A stretch of 50,903 nucleotides of DNA. Origin: Candidatus Sericytochromatia bacterium. Lineage in GTDB: Bacteria; Cyanobacteriota; Sericytochromatia; S15B-MN24; JAQBPE01. The notes under the pieces are model-generated. The model ran no database searches. It was not told the origin of the DNA and worked only from the letters and a program-made list of their open reading frames with translations. Positions 46,660-50,903 of the stretch are shown piece after piece. The translations under genes and the position numbers were made by a program. The stretch is taken from assembly GCA_040400605.1 (NCBI GenBank), contig JBBAPZ010000009.1:15604-66506 (forward strand), given 5' to 3'. Position 1 is the first letter of the stretch, and each line of letters opens with the position of its first letter.

Positions 46660-47193
46660 TTGAAAGGAGATCTGAAGGTGGTAGAACTTGGTGGTTTGGG
46701 AAGCAATTCGTCCAGGGCTTATGCCATTGATGGAAGTGGATTTGAGCGAGTTGGCAAAGGTGAAGCCGCCGCGGCCAAAGCAGTAACAAGTGCCAAAGGA
46801 AATTCGCAGGACGATCTGGTTGTCGTGGTTGGGCAAGATGTCTACGCTGCGACGTCAAAACAGATTAAGGTGGATCGGGCAAAAGATGCCCCGCCCCCGC
46901 GATTCGACTAATCGATGGTTATCAGGACCAAGTCCGGTGAGAGCCTGGCTGGCGTGGTGAAGCTGTTTGATACCGAAGCGTCAGACATCATCAACAGGCG
47001 GGAGGCTGCCAAGGCGCGAGAACAACGAATCAAGACCACTAAACCGTTTGTCATTGTGGCCGCCGTTGCAGCGCTCGGGGGAGCCGTCGTGGGTTGGACG
47101 GTGCCAGCACTCAGCGGAGCGGCCGGCCTCGTAGCGGCAATCGGTGCTGCAAGCGTTTACGGTCTTGCGAGATACCAAGAAGGTATATTTTGA
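46660..47193 (+). pseudogene. Hypothetical membrane protein split by an in-frame TAA (or two small ORFs)
   Basis: ORFs 46660-46911 and 46915-47193 are in the same frame, separated only by TAA-TCG. The C-terminus has two hydrophobic helices. Confidence 0.5.
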
Positions 47194-47250
47194 CTTCGAA
47201 TACCTCCAGACTTCTGCACGGTAACCGCTGAAATCAAGTAAAGACGGCAA

Positions 47251-47272
47251 AGTGCCTCATCACTGAGGCACT
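47251..47272. terminator. Perfect hairpin downstream of the split ORF
   Basis: AGTGCCTCA-TCAC-TGAGGCACT, a 9-bp stem. The U-tract is weak. Confidence 0.4.
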
Positions 47273-47299
47273 ACATTTGGCATCTTTTGGCGAATTAGT

Positions 47300-47703
47300 C
47301 AGAGATTTCGCCCTAGGCAACTGAAAGGCGCCTGGCTGGATTATTAGGCGCCTCAAGGGTTTGAGACGAATAATCTATTCTTTACCTGGCGTGCTATGAG
47401 AGCCTGGCAGTGGGCAACGGCTTGAGATGGGTGCAGCTGTTCGACCTGATGGCTTCCGACGACCCGTGATGTCTTCTCGTCACGTGGGTCGCGCAAACTC
47501 GTCGCTTACGGGGACTCAAACAGTGCCAGGCGCTGATCGCGTGCCTTCGAACCTGTGTCCCCGTCGGAATGCCTAATGGTCTCAATGCTTGCATCCATCC
47601 ACGCCATTAAACAGGGACGATGCTTGTGTCTATGGGTACGGTGTTACAGGCTGCCGTGAGTTGTCGCGTGAAGGGTCGAAATCAACGCGGGGCGAAATCT
47701 CTG
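47300..47703. repeat. 404-bp non-coding segment bounded by a perfect 14-bp inverted repeat
   Basis: CAGAGATTTCGCCC (47300-47313) and GGGCGAAATCTCTG (47690-47703). Confidence 0.5.
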
Positions 47704-47822
47704 TGCCTTGTCAGTCGCGCCCCCCTGTGCTATTCTCATCTTAACCAAATCTTAAAACAAATGCGTTCGTTCATTTCGGGATCACGTCCGTACCCAGCGC
47801 TGCATTCAGAGAGGAATTTTGC

Positions 47823-49082
47823 ATGGTCCGTCGCCTCAGGAAGTTCTTGCCCCCGGTCGCGGTTGCGTTGACCTTGGTGGGATGCGGTGTGCAGCCGGGC
47901 GTTGTGGGATTGTCGGGGCGTCCGATTCAGGCGAGTGGGGTAGTCAAGAACAAAGTTGATCAGTCACGCACGGTGGTGCAGTTACGCTTTCGCGATCGCC
48001 CGCAGCTTGAAGCATTGGCAGCGGCGGGTGTGGATCTGTTCGAGAACGTCGATCTCCAAGCGGGCACGGTGGACGCGAGCGTCACGTCTCAAACCTTGCC
48101 CATCCTGAAGCGGCTCAACGTTACGTATCGTGTGAAACAATCCGCCGAACAGCTTGGTGCGGCCGAACTGCCGGCTGGTTACAAAACGGTAGAGCAGGCG
48201 TTGGCGGAGGTCAATGCAGTGGCGAACGCCAATCCAGGTTTTATGCGTTTGGTGCGTTACGGCACCTCGCTTGAAGGAAACCCATTGGTCGCGTTGCGGA
48301 TCACGGCGCATCCTGAGCAGCGGTTGCCGGCGGTTCGGATCATGAGCGGCACCCATGCGCGTGAGATGCCGACGGTGGAGTTGAATCTGCGTTTAGTCAA
48401 GCTTTTGGCGGATGGTTATAACAAGGATGCCACCATCACGCGTTTGATCAATGAGCGCGACATTTATTTGATTGCGATGGTGAATCCAGATGGCCGCAAG
48501 CGTGTGGAGGGAGGGGCCTCCATGTGGCGCAAAAACACCCGTCCGTTGGGTGGCGGGGTTTTTGGGGTTGATTTGAATCGCAATGGCGATGACCATTTTG
48601 AACAAGGCAACAACAATCCGAGTTCAGATTCCTATCGGGGCACGGCGCCATTTTCGGAGCCAGAAAGTGACGCCATTCGAAAATTGTGTGATGAGGTGCG
48701 TTTCAAGCTTTCGATGGACATTCACTGCTATGCGGGGATGATCCTGTGGCCACCGGGGTATTCTGGCGAGTACACCCCGGATGAAGGTGCATTTCGTGCG
48801 ATTGGTGATCGGATTGCCAAGCCTTTGGGTTACAAGGCTGGCACGATCGCCCGTACGATTTATCGGACCTTTGGGGACTTGGCCACGTGGGAGTACAACA
48901 AGTATCGGACGCTCGCGTTTGCTGCCGAGTTGAACAGTGGCAGTTTTGCACCGCGTTATGGCCAGGTGGAAAAAGACTGGGATGCGTGGCGGGACCACTT
49001 GCTCTATCTGATTGACGTGGCGGGTAATCCGAAGGCGGAGCACCGTCAAGATGGCAAGATGATCGGGTTCACCCGGTTTTAG
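47823..49082 (+). CDS. M14 zinc carboxypeptidase (carboxypeptidase T-like) lipoprotein
   Basis: Lipobox LVGC. HARE (HxxE), VNPDG, WRKN, GVDLNRN, FSEPES, DIHCY and AELN motifs. Confidence 0.93.
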   Translation: MVRRLRKFLPPVAVALTLVGCGVQPGVVGLSGRPIQASGVVKNKVDQSRTVVQLRFRDRPQLEALAAAGVDLFENVDLQAGTVDASVTSQTLPILKRLNVTYRVKQSAEQLGAAELPAGYKTVEQALAEVNAVANANPGFMRLVRYGTSLEGNPLVALRITAHPEQRLPAVRIMSGTHAREMPTVELNLRLVKLLADGYNKDATITRLINERDIYLIAMVNPDGRKRVEGGASMWRKNTRPLGGGVFGVDLNRNGDDHFEQGNNNPSSDSYRGTAPFSEPESDAIRKLCDEVRFKLSMDIHCYAGMILWPPGYSGEYTPDEGAFRAIGDRIAKPLGYKAGTIARTIYRTFGDLATWEYNKYRTLAFAAELNSGSFAPRYGQVEKDWDAWRDHLLYLIDVAGNPKAEHRQDGKMIGFTRF

Positions 49083-49289
49083 GGCATCGAACCAGGTGTG
49101 ATACCGGTTGAGGATGTCCGAGGTCGGAAGCATTGAGGATGCTGTCCTTGGGGTAATTGCCCGACAATCAATGTTGGTGATGTGCATCAAGTTCAGCGGG
49201 CATTCGTGGGTTGGCTTGATTGGCGCGAGCGAGGCCGAGTTGGCAGGTGCCTGCTCGGCCTCGCGAGATTGATATGGAAACTGAGGGGC

Positions 49290-50885
49290 ATGGCGGCGCG
49301 ATTGTTTTTCTGGTCTCGTTTGGTATTGGTTGGCGCGTGCCTCGGCGTGGGGGTTTTGGGCGATCGCGCGATGGGCGCAACGGCGTTGATCCCACCCCGC
49401 CTTGAACCCCGGCGAGAATTTCGTGGTGTGTGGGTGGCCACGGTGAAGAACATCGATTGGCCATCCAAGCCGGGGCTTGGTGTTGCGGAGCAGCAACGGG
49501 AGTGGCTGGCGCTTGTGGATCAGGCACAGGCGCTCAAGCTCAATGCCATCATCTTGCAGGTGCGGCCAGGCTGTGACGCGTTGTATCCGTCAAAACTCGA
49601 ACCGTGGAGTGCGTGGCTGAGCGGTCGGATGGGTGTTGCGCCAAGCCCTGCTTACGACCCGTTGGCGTTTGCCATCAAAACAGCCCACGAACGTGGCCTT
49701 GAGCTGCATGCGTGGTTCAACCCCTTTCGCGCGGGTTTGTTGAATGCAGCCGGACAATTGGATGCGGTGGATAGCCGGCATGTGAGTGTGACGCATCCGC
49801 AATGGGTCAGGCGATATGGGTCCCACCTATGGCTGGATCCGGGTGAATCGGCGGCCCAGGCGCACAGTTTGGCGGTGATCGAGGATGTCGTGCGTCGGTA
49901 TCCGGTTGATGGCGTTCACATTGATGACTATTTCTATCCCTATCCGGAAACGCTTCAAGGAGGTTCCGGCAAGAAACTGCCTTTCCCGGATGACATCACC
50001 TATGAGCGTTATGCCAAGCAGGGGGGGAATCTTGTGCGGGCGGATTGGCGGCGAGAGAACGTCAACCGCTTTGTTGAGACGCTTTATAAACGGGTGAAAC
50101 AGGTTCGGCCGGCGGTTAAAGTGGGCATCAGCCCGTTTGGAATTTGGCGTCCGCGTTACCCGGCTCAGATCGTTGGCATGGATCAATACGAAGAAATTTA
50201 TGCGGACCCGAGGCTGTGGCTTCACAAGGGTTGGCTTGATTATCTGGCACCCCAACTGTACTGGTCGATCGAAAATCCGGATCAAAGTTTTCCGGTCCTG
50301 CTTGATTGGTGGCGGGAGCAAAACGTGCACGGGCGTCATATATGGCCCGGGCTATTTACCAGCCGCGTGCGTGATACGGGACCCGCCGCGTTTGATGCGC
50401 GTCAGATCGATTACCAGATTCGGTGGACGCGCCTGAAGGTTCCAGATGCCGGGCACATTCATTTCAGTGCCCGTGCATTTCTTGAGAAAGCGGGCGGGTT
50501 GAACGAGCGCCTTCAGACCCAGGTCTATGCTGAGCCAGCGTTGGTACCTGCCAGCGATTGGCTGGGTGGGGCACCAGTCCCGCGGCCGCATGCCAGCGTG
50601 ACGCGACGCCTGTTCGATAACACGACTGAAGTGAGCTGGCGAATCGATGAGCCGGCGCGCGCGCGATGGTGGGTGGTGCAGCGTTTGCGCCAAGGACGCT
50701 GGCAAACCGACATCCAACCAGCCCTCAACAACCGTGTGATACTGGAAGAGTCCACCATGCCCCAGATACTGGTGCTGACAGGCGTCAACCCGTTGGGCCA
50801 GATGGGCAATCCTTTGAGCATTCGTTTCCAGTTTGAAAAAGTGGATGGCGCCAAAACACATTTAAATTATCAAATGGAGCCGTGA
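49290..50885 (+). CDS. Glycoside hydrolase-like family 10 (DUF187; YddW/DigH-like) protein
   Basis: EFRGVWVATVKNIDWPS, LQVRP..DALYPS, ELHAWFNPFR, DGVHIDDYFYPY, GISPFGIW and DYLAPQLYW. Signal peptide. Confidence 0.93.
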   Translation: MAARLFFWSRLVLVGACLGVGVLGDRAMGATALIPPRLEPRREFRGVWVATVKNIDWPSKPGLGVAEQQREWLALVDQAQALKLNAIILQVRPGCDALYPSKLEPWSAWLSGRMGVAPSPAYDPLAFAIKTAHERGLELHAWFNPFRAGLLNAAGQLDAVDSRHVSVTHPQWVRRYGSHLWLDPGESAAQAHSLAVIEDVVRRYPVDGVHIDDYFYPYPETLQGGSGKKLPFPDDITYERYAKQGGNLVRADWRRENVNRFVETLYKRVKQVRPAVKVGISPFGIWRPRYPAQIVGMDQYEEIYADPRLWLHKGWLDYLAPQLYWSIENPDQSFPVLLDWWREQNVHGRHIWPGLFTSRVRDTGPAAFDARQIDYQIRWTRLKVPDAGHIHFSARAFLEKAGGLNERLQTQVYAEPALVPASDWLGGAPVPRPHASVTRRLFDNTTEVSWRIDEPARARWWVVQRLRQGRWQTDIQPALNNRVILEESTMPQILVLTGVNPLGQMGNPLSIRFQFEKVDGAKTHLNYQMEP

Positions 50886-50903
50886 CGCGATCAGATATCG
50901 GTT

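Larger units (their letters stand above)
1566..49367. repeat. HIP1 octamer GCGATCGC, at least 28 dispersed copies
   Basis: Read at 1566, 1959, 5761, 7099, 8550, 8697, 8954, 9071, 9475, 12337, 15403, 16224, 16584, 17272, 24071, 27840, 31001, 31028, 35842, 36270, 37629, 39013, 40305, 41079, 42570, 45123, 47992 and 49360. Confidence 0.85.

Noticed and set aside
1..50903. CRISPR arrays, tRNA/rRNA genes, transposases, integrases
   Set aside because: No regularly spaced short direct repeats, cloverleaf signatures or DDE/tyrosine recombinase ORFs were seen.

Overview
A bacterial chromosomal segment, about 55-60% GC by eye, with roughly 35 genes. Housekeeping genes: metG (partial), tyrS, murI, glmM, secG and tsaC/SUA5. 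Envelope and secreted proteins: a SPOR protein, TolB-like and NHL lipoproteins, a 5'-nucleotidase, a vanadium haloperoxidase/PAP2 protein, a CE4 deacetylase-LysM-DUF4015 fusion, an M14 carboxypeptidase and a GHL10 hydrolase. Also present: an Opp/Dpp-type ABC module without an ATPase, an orphan fliH-fliI pair, a type IV pilin-like gene and a 1949-aa DUF4011/SF1-helicase (Hhe-like) defence candidate. No rRNA, tRNA, CRISPR array or transposase was found. Two non-genic signals stand out. (1) A degenerate repeat with a unit of about 220 bp and fixed internal spacing occupies most long intergenic regions, on both strands, in about 7 clear and about 5 weaker copies. (2) The cyanobacterial HIP1 palindrome GCGATCGC occurs at least 28 times. 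HIP1 together with flagellar export genes suggests, by inference only, a non-photosynthetic relative of Cyanobacteria such as Sericytochromatia.
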